Of a stretch of 43,461 nt of DNA, positions 35,536 to 43,461 are shown piece after piece. The position numbers and the translations under genes are program-made. Below the pieces are notes generated by a model. The model did not search any database. It was not told the origin of the DNA and saw nothing but the letters and a program-made list of their open reading frames with translations. Where the stretch lies: the IMG/VR virus record IMGVR_UViG_3300037424_003018, positions 1 through 43,461 of that record; one strand, 5' to 3'. Position 1 is the stretch's first letter, and each line of letters starts with the position of its first letter. This DNA comes from a virus. Its lineage: Duplodnaviria > Caudoviricetes.

Positions 35536-36636
35536 ATGGCTAAGACGTTACAACAACTCCTGTTTTACAAGAATATCATCGCTGTAATTCAGGCAATCAA
35601 GGGAGGCATTCCAAGCGGAATCATACCGCCTCAAATGTTGAACCCCACCAAGAAAATCACCGGCAATGTCGGCGTGTACAAGAAGTATGAGAGTACCCGC
35701 CAGGCGGCTTCTGCCGTACATTATGGAGCAGCCAGTAAGGGAATAAAACTTACTGGTGTCTCTGAGCAAGGGGTGAAGTTGATTCATAGTTTCGAACACT
35801 TTGACCATGACCCGAATACCGTAGCTCAGTTGATCAGCCAGGATGGAAATCTGCAAATGCTGGGAGCCGATGAAGTTGTGAATAAAATCCGCGACTTCGG
35901 GACTCGGTTTACGAATCTGCGTTTGGCTGCGTGGTATTCGCTTTTGTTCAATGGGATAATCTGGCTCGATGGAGAAGGCAATCTGCTTTACTCTTCTTCG
36001 GGTGCGGCTATCACCATTGATTTCAATGTGCCAGCAGGTAACAAAGGCCAGTTGGACTGGGATGGCAACGGAGCCATAATCGGGGCAAGCTGGGCAACGG
36101 CAGGCACGAACATCGCGGCTCACATCACCGACATCCAGCAAGCCGCCGCGGTCCTGTCGGGTTATCCCATCGTCAACGCCTTTTATGGCAAAAACATTCC
36201 GACGTATATCGCCGGCAATACCATTATGAAGGAATACCTGCGGACAAATCCGATGGCGAATGATGCCATTAAGATCGGCGGAGTCCCGAAGGGCTTCCTG
36301 AATCTTAACTGGATCCCGGCACACACGGCCTTCTATTCCGACAAAGACGGAACGGCACGGTTCTTCTGTGGTGATGACACGGTTGTCTTCACTCCGGACG
36401 TGGCTGATGCCGGCTGGTGGGGCTTCCTGGAAGGCAGCTATGCCATCCCGACGAATATCGGCCAGGTCCAGTCCGATGCAATGGCTGCGTTGAATAGCCT
36501 GCGTCAAGTCAACGGCATGTTTGGTTATGCTACGGTATCGCATGACCCGGTTGGCATTCGGCAGTACGGCGGTGATACATTCCTGCCGACGCTGAATGTT
36601 CCTAAGGCGATTTTCATCGCGGACGTGGTTCCGTAA
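35536..36636 (+). CDS. Major capsid protein (lambda E-like family)
   Basis: TIDFNVP, W..AGTNI...I, DDTVVFTP, HDPVG, FLPTL..P.AIFIADV. Confidence 0.88.
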   Translation: MAKTLQQLLFYKNIIAVIQAIKGGIPSGIIPPQMLNPTKKITGNVGVYKKYESTRQAASAVHYGAASKGIKLTGVSEQGVKLIHSFEHFDHDPNTVAQLISQDGNLQMLGADEVVNKIRDFGTRFTNLRLAAWYSLLFNGIIWLDGEGNLLYSSSGAAITIDFNVPAGNKGQLDWDGNGAIIGASWATAGTNIAAHITDIQQAAAVLSGYPIVNAFYGKNIPTYIAGNTIMKEYLRTNPMANDAIKIGGVPKGFLNLNWIPAHTAFYSDKDGTARFFCGDDTVVFTPDVADAGWWGFLEGSYAIPTNIGQVQSDAMAALNSLRQVNGMFGYATVSHDPVGIRQYGGDTFLPTLNVPKAIFIADVVP

Positions 36637-36670
36637 TAAAAAATCGATTCGGTTCTCCTTTTTTGGTAGG

Positions 36671-36702
36671 AGAGGCGGGTAACCTGTGCCCGCCTCTTTT
36701 TT
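36671..36702 (+). terminator. Rho-independent terminator after MCP
   Basis: AGAGGCGGGT/GCCCGCCTCT stem plus T run. Confidence 0.8.
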
Positions 36703-36707
36703 GAATT

Positions 36708-37130
36708 ATGGGAAAATACATTTCACAATCTGACATAGAAGACGTGTTTGGCACCGAGAATGTCAAGGTTTGGTCAAACCTTAACAATGATGCCGAAACA
36801 GCGGACACAGTACGCATTGCCAGGGCAATTGACTTCGCCGAGGAAGAAATAGAAAACAGATTCCGTGATGGGCAGTATGCAATCCCGTTCTCCGGTACCA
36901 GCGGAACGCCAAAGGTATTGGTCGATTGGATTGCGAAGCTGGCCGGCATGTGGCTCTATGAGAGCCGACCGCAAAAGTTTACAACCGAAGATGAAGAGTC
37001 AGAGCAAATCAATTTCGGCAGAATGAAAAAGCAGATGGAAAAAGACATCAATGCCTATACGTCCGGACAAAGACGAATGGCATTGGTACTTGCAGAATCA
37101 GATTCACCAACAGCCCCAGCGACGATATGA
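36708..37130 (+). CDS. Head-tail adaptor (Mu gp36 / DUF1320-like)
   Basis: YISQSDI...FG, I..AI..A..EI, Y.IPF..TP..L....LA...LY..R. Confidence 0.85.
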   Translation: MGKYISQSDIEDVFGTENVKVWSNLNNDAETADTVRIARAIDFAEEEIENRFRDGQYAIPFSGTSGTPKVLVDWIAKLAGMWLYESRPQKFTTEDEESEQINFGRMKKQMEKDINAYTSGQRRMALVLAESDSPTAPATI

Positions 37131-37618
37131 AAAAGACGGGAATCAATTTAAAAAAGTTTGATAGATTTTTCAGCCAGGTTGCCGGCAAGAGGAACAGCCC
37201 TGCCTTGCGGGCCTGCTACAATCAATGGGGTGTGCGTTATTTGGCAGAAACAAAAAGAAGCTTTGTCAGGAATTCTGCCGGTGGTGGAGAATGGCCTCCG
37301 TTGAAATCGAAGCGGAAAAGAGGCGACACGAAAAGCGGCCGAATTCTCCGCGATACTGGTACGCTCTTTAAGGCTCTATCTGTTGGATCCCCAGGGAACC
37401 TTTACCTGGACCTAAAGCGTGGCAAGCGTGTCGGGTTTGGTGGACCGACTCGGCACCCAAGCGGACAGCTTACGATTGCCGATATCGCTAAGGCACATCA
37501 TAACGGCAGAGGAAACTTGCCAAAGAGAGTTATCCTTCACAAGCCCAGCGGCAAGCTGGTTATCCAGATGCTGGGAGATTTAAGCCGAGCAATAAACAAA
37601 ATCGGAAGGGGCGTGTAA
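37127..37618 (+). CDS. Virion morphogenesis / tail completion protein (Mu G-like)
   Basis: WPPLK, ILRDTGTL, AKAHHNG...LPKR. Confidence 0.85.
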   Translation: MKKTGINLKKFDRFFSQVAGKRNSPALRACYNQWGVRYLAETKRSFVRNSAGGGEWPPLKSKRKRGDTKSGRILRDTGTLFKALSVGSPGNLYLDLKRGKRVGFGGPTRHPSGQLTIADIAKAHHNGRGNLPKRVILHKPSGKLVIQMLGDLSRAINKIGRGV

Positions 37619-38937
37619 TGCCTTCCCTTATCAATAAGGATACGATTCATTTTGTCGGCGGGCTTGGCGCCAGGGTGGGGGCGGCCAATGTCGGCGGCGG
37701 CTGCGTAGCCAATTCCTTCACCGGCAATCTGAATGATTACATGGACGCCAGCGGCGGGCCTCTCGTTTCTGCGTCCAACATCCAGGCGACTGACAATGGG
37801 AGCGGCAAAGTCAGGCTTTCGCCATCGATTTATGGCCAAGAGTTGGCAGAACAAGGCGGATTTAATACCAGCAGCCCTTGGATTACAGATGGCGTTGAGA
37901 TTGCAGATGGAGTTGCGACAAATACCGTCCTTAGCGGTTCTTTGAAGCAAACAATTGCTTCATTGAAACCAAATACTCTTTATGAATTTTCGTTTGAAAT
38001 TAAAAACAGTCTGAGCGGTAGAACCTTGGCTTGGAAACTTGGAGACGTTGGAAACTTCTTGAACCCTGCAACAATTGGAATAAAAACATTTCAGATAACC
38101 ACGCCGCCTGTTTTTATTTATAGAGGTATGGAATTTTATTTTTCTGGCGATACAGGACTTGTTATTGATAATGTATCTGTCAGGGAAGTATATGGCTATA
38201 CATATCCATTTGAACCTGTCACCACAGGCACACTGGTTCGGGTTGATTCCCCGCTTGTCTATTTGAGTGGCATATATGAGATTATAGACTCAGATGAAGA
38301 TTATATCGATATCGATCTGAACTACATCCAAGATGCGTCCAGCATATCGATTGATATCGGCGGGGCTTTCCTGTCAACGGAATTAGTCTACGCCAATAAC
38401 TCTACCATACCGCTTGCTGTTGATGGCAACACATACAGCAGGCTCTTGCTTATGTATCGGCCAATTTTGCACAGTCCGTTGGATGACCCGTTCACGCAGG
38501 TCTACAACGGCCTATGGAATTTGCTGGAATCGAATGACGATTTGGCTGCATTGGTCAAAATCGGAAATCGCATCAAATGCACAGCAGACAAGGACGGCAA
38601 AGAAAAGTATGCGAATGCTGATTTTCCTGAACTCATTATTCGGCCGGCTGCCGGCACATCTGAAATAAAGTCTACCAGCACGCATGTGCAGATAACACAG
38701 ACTTATTCTGTGCTATGTACCGCGGGAGATTTTCGCGCAGACAAATCGTTCTTCCCCGTGAAGTGGGCATTATTGAACGCCTTAACAGATGGAACGAATA
38801 ACCTGAACTTGAATTTCGTGCGACACGTTATCCTTGAAGATTCAACAGACAATCGAAATACAGAGCGGTTTCCAGGGTGGAATACTGCTTTCAATATCAA
38901 AGTAGAAATGTGGTTTAAAATTAACATAGGAGATTAG
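37618..38937 (+). CDS. Tail terminator-like protein with large N-terminal extension containing a CBM-like domain
   Basis: C-terminal DPFTQVYNGLWNLL...GNRIK...FPELIIRP; position before tail tube; internal LKPNTLYEFSF...IDNVSVREV. Confidence 0.7.
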   Translation: MPSLINKDTIHFVGGLGARVGAANVGGGCVANSFTGNLNDYMDASGGPLVSASNIQATDNGSGKVRLSPSIYGQELAEQGGFNTSSPWITDGVEIADGVATNTVLSGSLKQTIASLKPNTLYEFSFEIKNSLSGRTLAWKLGDVGNFLNPATIGIKTFQITTPPVFIYRGMEFYFSGDTGLVIDNVSVREVYGYTYPFEPVTTGTLVRVDSPLVYLSGIYEIIDSDEDYIDIDLNYIQDASSISIDIGGAFLSTELVYANNSTIPLAVDGNTYSRLLLMYRPILHSPLDDPFTQVYNGLWNLLESNDDLAALVKIGNRIKCTADKDGKEKYANADFPELIIRPAAGTSEIKSTSTHVQITQTYSVLCTAGDFRADKSFFPVKWALLNALTDGTNNLNLNFVRHVILEDSTDNRNTERFPGWNTAFNIKVEMWFKINIGD

Positions 38938-38939
38938 TT

Positions 38940-39347
38940 ATGCCGCTCACAGCTACAAACGAAGACGCTACTGGTCCAATTTCCGGTCTCGAAGGAACAT
39001 TGACTCTTGGAACAGTGTTGGTTGCGAATTTGAAGAAGTTCACTATCGACCGTGAATGTGACGTAAAGCGTTATGCAACTGGCGACACGGCTGGTTGGGA
39101 AAAAACACTCAAGGGTGTAAGGCGATGGTCTGGCAGTGCAGACCTTCTTGTTGAGCAGGGCATATTGCCGGCACTTGTCGAAGGTACGCTGTACGCATTT
39201 TCCGGCGTACTCAAAACGAGTGCAACTCCCGTTACCGGCGTAATCCGCATGGGCAAAACGAACGTTGAGGTTGATGTTGAAACTGGCGAACCTATAGGCG
39301 GCTCAATCACCTTTGAAGGACATGGCGCCTTAGCCCAGAGCGCGTAA
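38940..39347 (+). CDS. Tail tube protein
   Basis: GWEKTLKGVRRWSGS; SITFEGHGAL. Confidence 0.88.
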   Translation: MPLTATNEDATGPISGLEGTLTLGTVLVANLKKFTIDRECDVKRYATGDTAGWEKTLKGVRRWSGSADLLVEQGILPALVEGTLYAFSGVLKTSATPVTGVIRMGKTNVEVDVETGEPIGGSITFEGHGALAQSA

Positions 39348-39380
39348 GTAACGTATAAATCATCATAAAGGAAAATCAGG

Positions 39381-39842
39381 ATGGAATTTGGATTAGCGAG
39401 AATGACGGCCGCCCCGGTAAAGGGAACCCTTAACGGCAAACCTGTTGAATTATGCCCATTAACTTTGGGTGATTGGGGAAAAATCGAACAGCACATGCGG
39501 CAACAGATCATGTCTGCGGCTGCGTCAGCGTGTATTGGCATTCCCCCGGATCGTGCCAGAATTGTTATGCGTGAGGCTCACAAAGAAGCGGCTTCCACAT
39601 CGATTGCCAGTGAAGACGCGAAAGCTGGCCTATTCGCATCGATGGGTACAATGCTCATAATCGTGCAGCTCTCCATGAGTAAGCATAATCCCGCAATGAG
39701 CCTGGCCGTTGTTGAAGAAATGATTGGCTCAGACTTTGAAGCATTGGCAAAGATGGCCGAAGTAATATTCGACATCTCTTTTCCGGGGATGGATAAGACC
39801 GACTTAAAAAATCCTCTGCCGGGGCAGGAAGTCAAACAATAG
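39381..39842 (+). CDS. Tail assembly chaperone G
   Basis: Between tube and tape measure; PLTLGDW; ends near slippery LKN codons. Confidence 0.82.
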   Translation: MEFGLARMTAAPVKGTLNGKPVELCPLTLGDWGKIEQHMRQQIMSAAASACIGIPPDRARIVMREAHKEAASTSIASEDAKAGLFASMGTMLIIVQLSMSKHNPAMSLAVVEEMIGSDFEALAKMAEVIFDISFPGMDKTDLKNPLPGQEVKQ

Positions 39843-40021
39843 ATTTTGAATCGGTGTTTCGGCGGCTGGCCTCCGAGCCGTTTTGTTGGGACGCGAACAC
39901 CGTAAAGGACCTGACCCCGGCACAGGCTTACTTTTACCTGATTGATAAAAAGCATATTTCAAAAGACGGACGCCGCCAAATGAGTTTGAAAGAGTATGAG
40001 GATTTGAAAAATGTCGTTTGA
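39806..40021 (+). other. -1 programmed frameshift (A AAA AAT) producing the GT extension
   Basis: -1 frame reads ...FCWDANTVKDLTPAQAYFYL...NVV to TGA 40019-40021. Confidence 0.82.
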
Positions 40022-41921
40022 GCTTGCCGAAGGCTATATAGATTTAACAACAGAGAGCCGACCTTTAGAGGCGACGATGAGCAGGGTTCGCGCAAAGCTC
40101 GTTGCACTTCAAGGGGTTATGCTTCGTGTATCAGCAGCGGCAAGAAATGCGTTATTCGTTGGCGGGGCCGCTATTGGCTTCATGGTTAAACAGGCTTCGG
40201 ACGCCGAGGAAACCATGTCGAAATTCGAGACGGTTTTCAAGACACAGGCAGGAGCCGCCAAACAATTCGCCGCAGACCTATCGAAACAAATCAACCGATC
40301 CAAATATGATTTGATGGGGTACATGGCATCACTGCAAGATATGTTTGTGCCATTCGGATTCGCCAGAGACAAGGCAACTGAATTATCTGAAAAAGTGACT
40401 GTGTTGGCCGAAGACTTAGCCAGCTTCAACAACTTGAATACTGCGGATGTACTAAGAGACCTTCAAAGCGCCATGGTCGGTAACCATGAGACGGTTCGTA
40501 AGTATGGCGTTATCATCACAGAGACAACGCTTAATCAAGAGTTGATGAACATGGGCATTGCTGGTGGAACGAAGGCTGCCACGGAACAACAGAAGGTTCT
40601 GGCCAGACTGGCCATGATTATCAAGGGCAACTCCGATGCTCAGGGCGATGCGGCCAGAACCGCTAACTCATTTGCGAATCGGCTTAAGGGCCTGAGAGCC
40701 ACTATAAAAGACCTGTCCGTTGAGGTGGGGTCAGCCTTATCACCTTCACTGGGCGTTGCTATAGAGAAATTCAGATCGGCTCTGCAGCCGGTGACGGATT
40801 GGATTAGTAAACACAAGGAGTTGACAGCAAATATAATCTATACAACTGGGGCGGTATTGGCCGTGCTTGCCGCATGGCCATTATACACGGCGGCCGTATG
40901 GGTTTGCACTAAAGCGATTGTGGCCCTACAGACCGCTTTGATTGCCCTGAGAATCACAATTATGTTTCTTGCACAAAATCCCCTTGTGGCGTTGCTGGCC
41001 GCTTTGGCAGCACTGGCCGGATATCTGATATACACCCGGACCGAGGGCGAAAACTTCGGTGAAAAAATGCACACCGTGGCGGTGAACATTGTGACAGCGT
41101 GGCTGTGGCTCAAAGAAAAACTGGCGAATTTGTGGGTTGCCATTCTGCCGGTCTGGAACACAGCGCTGACCTGGATTAAAACGGCGTTCCAGGTTGTCGG
41201 TTTTGTCTTTAAAAACTTTGACGACATGGTAACACTGGGTCTATTGATGGCCACTTTGACGATCGTCAAGTTTGCCAATGATGTGAAGTATATTTTTACA
41301 ACAGTCATTCCGACATATCTGCTGTGGTTTTATAACAATTGGAAAAACATCTTCATGGATTTATGGAATGGCACAAAGGCCATTCTCACAAATCTTTGGA
41401 CCAACATGAAGAATTTCTTCCAGGCGGTCAAGGACTGGATATCCGGTAAAGGATTTAATTTTGAATGGACCGGCTTGCTGGAAGGCTTCAAGCGAACCAC
41501 AGAGCAACTCCCGGATATCGCCAAGAGGCAAATGTCGCCATTTGAAGAAGGGCTGCAAACAGAGATTGACCGTATTGGCGGCGAATTGGGAAAGAAGTTT
41601 GCAGATACATTTGAGAAGGTGCCGGACGTTGCCGCAAAAGCAGAGAAGGCAGTAGCCCCGGCCCAGGCTGCATCGAAGTCGGCATCATCGGCAGCAGCTG
41701 CCGGCCAGCAGGCTATGAAGAGCAGCGCCAAGGTTGAATTCGTAAGTGCTGGGGATATGTGGAAAAAACTGGCCAGCAATTTAACCGCCAAAGACGCAGG
41801 CAAGCAGCAACTGGCCGAAGCAAAAAAGCAAACCGATGAACTGAAAAAAACCAATAAACACTTGGAAAAGGTTGCCCAGAACACAGAACGCAAGCAAGGG
41901 CCTGGGACGGTGGGGCCATGA
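40011..41921 (+). CDS. Tape measure protein
   Basis: ASDAEETMSKFETVF, LAEDLASFNN, GDAARTANSFAN; W/F-periodic repeats. Confidence 0.92.
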   Translation: MSFELAEGYIDLTTESRPLEATMSRVRAKLVALQGVMLRVSAAARNALFVGGAAIGFMVKQASDAEETMSKFETVFKTQAGAAKQFAADLSKQINRSKYDLMGYMASLQDMFVPFGFARDKATELSEKVTVLAEDLASFNNLNTADVLRDLQSAMVGNHETVRKYGVIITETTLNQELMNMGIAGGTKAATEQQKVLARLAMIIKGNSDAQGDAARTANSFANRLKGLRATIKDLSVEVGSALSPSLGVAIEKFRSALQPVTDWISKHKELTANIIYTTGAVLAVLAAWPLYTAAVWVCTKAIVALQTALIALRITIMFLAQNPLVALLAALAALAGYLIYTRTEGENFGEKMHTVAVNIVTAWLWLKEKLANLWVAILPVWNTALTWIKTAFQVVGFVFKNFDDMVTLGLLMATLTIVKFANDVKYIFTTVIPTYLLWFYNNWKNIFMDLWNGTKAILTNLWTNMKNFFQAVKDWISGKGFNFEWTGLLEGFKRTTEQLPDIAKRQMSPFEEGLQTEIDRIGGELGKKFADTFEKVPDVAAKAEKAVAPAQAASKSASSAAAAGQQAMKSSAKVEFVSAGDMWKKLASNLTAKDAGKQQLAEAKKQTDELKKTNKHLEKVAQNTERKQGPGTVGP

Positions 41922-42739
41922 GTGTTATAGCGAGGGAAGCAAGTATAACGGTTGATTTCGAAGAAGACGAATCGTCACCAAAAGAAACGTATGGCCAGGA
42001 TGGCTTTACGGCCGTTAGAACTTTACTGTGTGATTGGCCAAACAGGCACACACTTGCCACGCAATTGAGAGGCAGCATAGAATTTATCGGTACTGATACT
42101 GTATGGCGATTACCGGCTAAATATCCGCATGGATTTCCAGATGCTCGCGTTCTGTCGGTTGAAGTGGAAGGAATGGGCAAGCCAGATTCATTGGGAAGCA
42201 GCGAATTATTTGAAAAGGCAAAACTGATAGTCAACTATGGCATATTGAAATCTGAAGAAGAAACTCTTTATGAAGAACGAATTGAGCCAGCCTCAGAATT
42301 TTTGACCTTGCCTGTGAATAACCTTTACTGGGGAACCGGCGAAAGCAAGGTTGCACTTAAAGATACAGAAGCTCCCGGAATGCTGATACGAATGTTCGAC
42401 TGGGTTTACACCTTAAAAAATGTTCAAAATATTCCTACGTGGCTTGGCAATATAGAAGGCTGTACAAACTCAGACACGGTGAAATCCAAAACGCTCGGTT
42501 TGACGTTCTCTCCCGAAACCATTCTTATCGGCCAGCCAGACGCCAGCCGAGTTGTGACAACTTATGGCGACAAGGCATGGCAACTTACATTCCGCTTTAC
42601 CTGCCGACGTTTGAACTGGAATAAGTTCCCGCGGCTGGACATGGCAGGGGCTAACGGGATTCCGTTTGAGTACATCACTAACGGAACGAATGCAATCAAA
42701 GTATTTCCTCAAACAGCGATCAGCGGAATAATATTATGA
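41918..42739 (+). CDS. Putative tail/baseplate protein
   Basis: Follows tape measure; P.KYP.FP, GCTNSD...PETIL, WNKF. Confidence 0.7.
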   Translation: MSVIAREASITVDFEEDESSPKETYGQDGFTAVRTLLCDWPNRHTLATQLRGSIEFIGTDTVWRLPAKYPHGFPDARVLSVEVEGMGKPDSLGSSELFEKAKLIVNYGILKSEEETLYEERIEPASEFLTLPVNNLYWGTGESKVALKDTEAPGMLIRMFDWVYTLKNVQNIPTWLGNIEGCTNSDTVKSKTLGLTFSPETILIGQPDASRVVTTYGDKAWQLTFRFTCRRLNWNKFPRLDMAGANGIPFEYITNGTNAIKVFPQTAISGIIL

Positions 42740-43461
42740 GTATCAGTCTGCCGAATTTCAGGACACTTAAAGAAGGCGACTATGTATCCGCTCGTGAATG
42801 GAATGCCATAGTCGCATTCATCAAAGGCATGTCACGGTCTGGTATGACCGATGGAATTATGGATTCGACGGGATTCCATCCAAGGCGCAAGTTGAGCACG
42901 TCGGCGGGTGTTGACCCTGTTATTATACTAAGAGGTCCAGACGGAAGCCCACCCCCCACGCATACTCCGAATATAACGATTTATCAAAAGTGGTCTTACT
43001 GGCTGTCTTCTTTTCCAGACACGTTTGACGTTGACACGACACAATATGAAATCATATTAAAAAAACAAGGATATTACGAATTTCATGGAAGGTTCTGCTT
43101 TTGGATTACATACGATTCGGTTTTTTCTCCCGTGGGCAGTTCTGCGCTTATTTATGTTTACGATAACAGTCTGTGGACAACATTTTTTACATCTCTCATT
43201 GCCACAAACAGAGGGGATGGGGCTATAACCACTGGTTATTCAATGTCGAATGAAATACACATGGCCGGGTCAACGGGAGGATTTTTTAAAGCAAATGCAA
43301 GAATAAAAATATCCTGTCGCCTTGATGGGCCAGCAGGTACAACCTTTATAGGTTACTCTCCAGCACATCAGCTACAAATTAAATATTGTGGTGATATTAC
43401 TCCGGTGTCACCGCAAGACACTCCGGCGTGGAAAGTATTTGGCTCCCGGCCATTGGTATAG
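42736..43461 (+). CDS. Putative tail protein
   Basis: LKEGDYVSAREWNAI N-terminus; AT-rich beta-sandwich-like C-terminus. Confidence 0.65.
   Translation: MSISLPNFRTLKEGDYVSAREWNAIVAFIKGMSRSGMTDGIMDSTGFHPRRKLSTSAGVDPVIILRGPDGSPPPTHTPNITIYQKWSYWLSSFPDTFDVDTTQYEIILKKQGYYEFHGRFCFWITYDSVFSPVGSSALIYVYDNSLWTTFFTSLIATNRGDGAITTGYSMSNEIHMAGSTGGFFKANARIKISCRLDGPAGTTFIGYSPAHQLQIKYCGDITPVSPQDTPAWKVFGSRPLV

Larger units (their letters stand above)
945..43461 (+). mobile_element. Temperate siphovirus-like prophage, right end truncated
   Basis: tRNA, integrase, immunity, replication, terminase, head and tail gene order; no sheath gene; exact att boundary unknown. Confidence 0.93.

Noticed and set aside
35548-36543. 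Long minus-strand ORFs (also 5471-6202, 6540-7163, 24110-24742, 34705-35292)
   Set aside because: Antisense shadows of well-supported plus-strand genes, with no recognisable motifs.
30890-37618. Transposable Mu-like phage
   Set aside because: No DDE transposase or MuB seen; a tyrosine integrase and replication genes are present.

Overview
Left ~42.5 kb of a temperate siphovirus-type prophage, apparently integrated at the 3' end of a tRNA-Val(GAC) gene (871-944). The right end (attR, distal tail, endolysin) lies outside the window. Gene order: tyrosine integrase; immunity region with two divergent ribbon-helix-helix-like regulators; Xis-like HTH; two phage tRNAs (CAT and TGG anticodons); Sak4/NinB-like/Gp157/SSB recombination module; replication initiator and primase-helicase; many accessory genes; ParB-N plus TAGT-like glycosyltransferase; TerS; a 4.6 kb insert; TerL; Mu-like head genes with a lambda-E-like capsid; non-contractile tail with a G/GT frameshift and tape measure. 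Dockerin-like 'D.N.DG.V...DL...A..WL' motifs suggest a Planctomycetota (Phycisphaerae-like) host, which is an inference. The most unusual observations are: three signal-peptide plus dockerin-like phage proteins, one carrying a CBM-like domain similar to one in a tail protein; in-frame domain cassettes bounded by 6-7 bp direct repeats in two structural genes; an RHH/RHH switch with 10-bp phased arrays and an antisense promoter; a frameshifted beta-clamp-like gene; a chimeric initiator-like tRNA; and a dispersed pair of paralogous orphan genes. All family assignments come from motif recognition by eye, not database searches.
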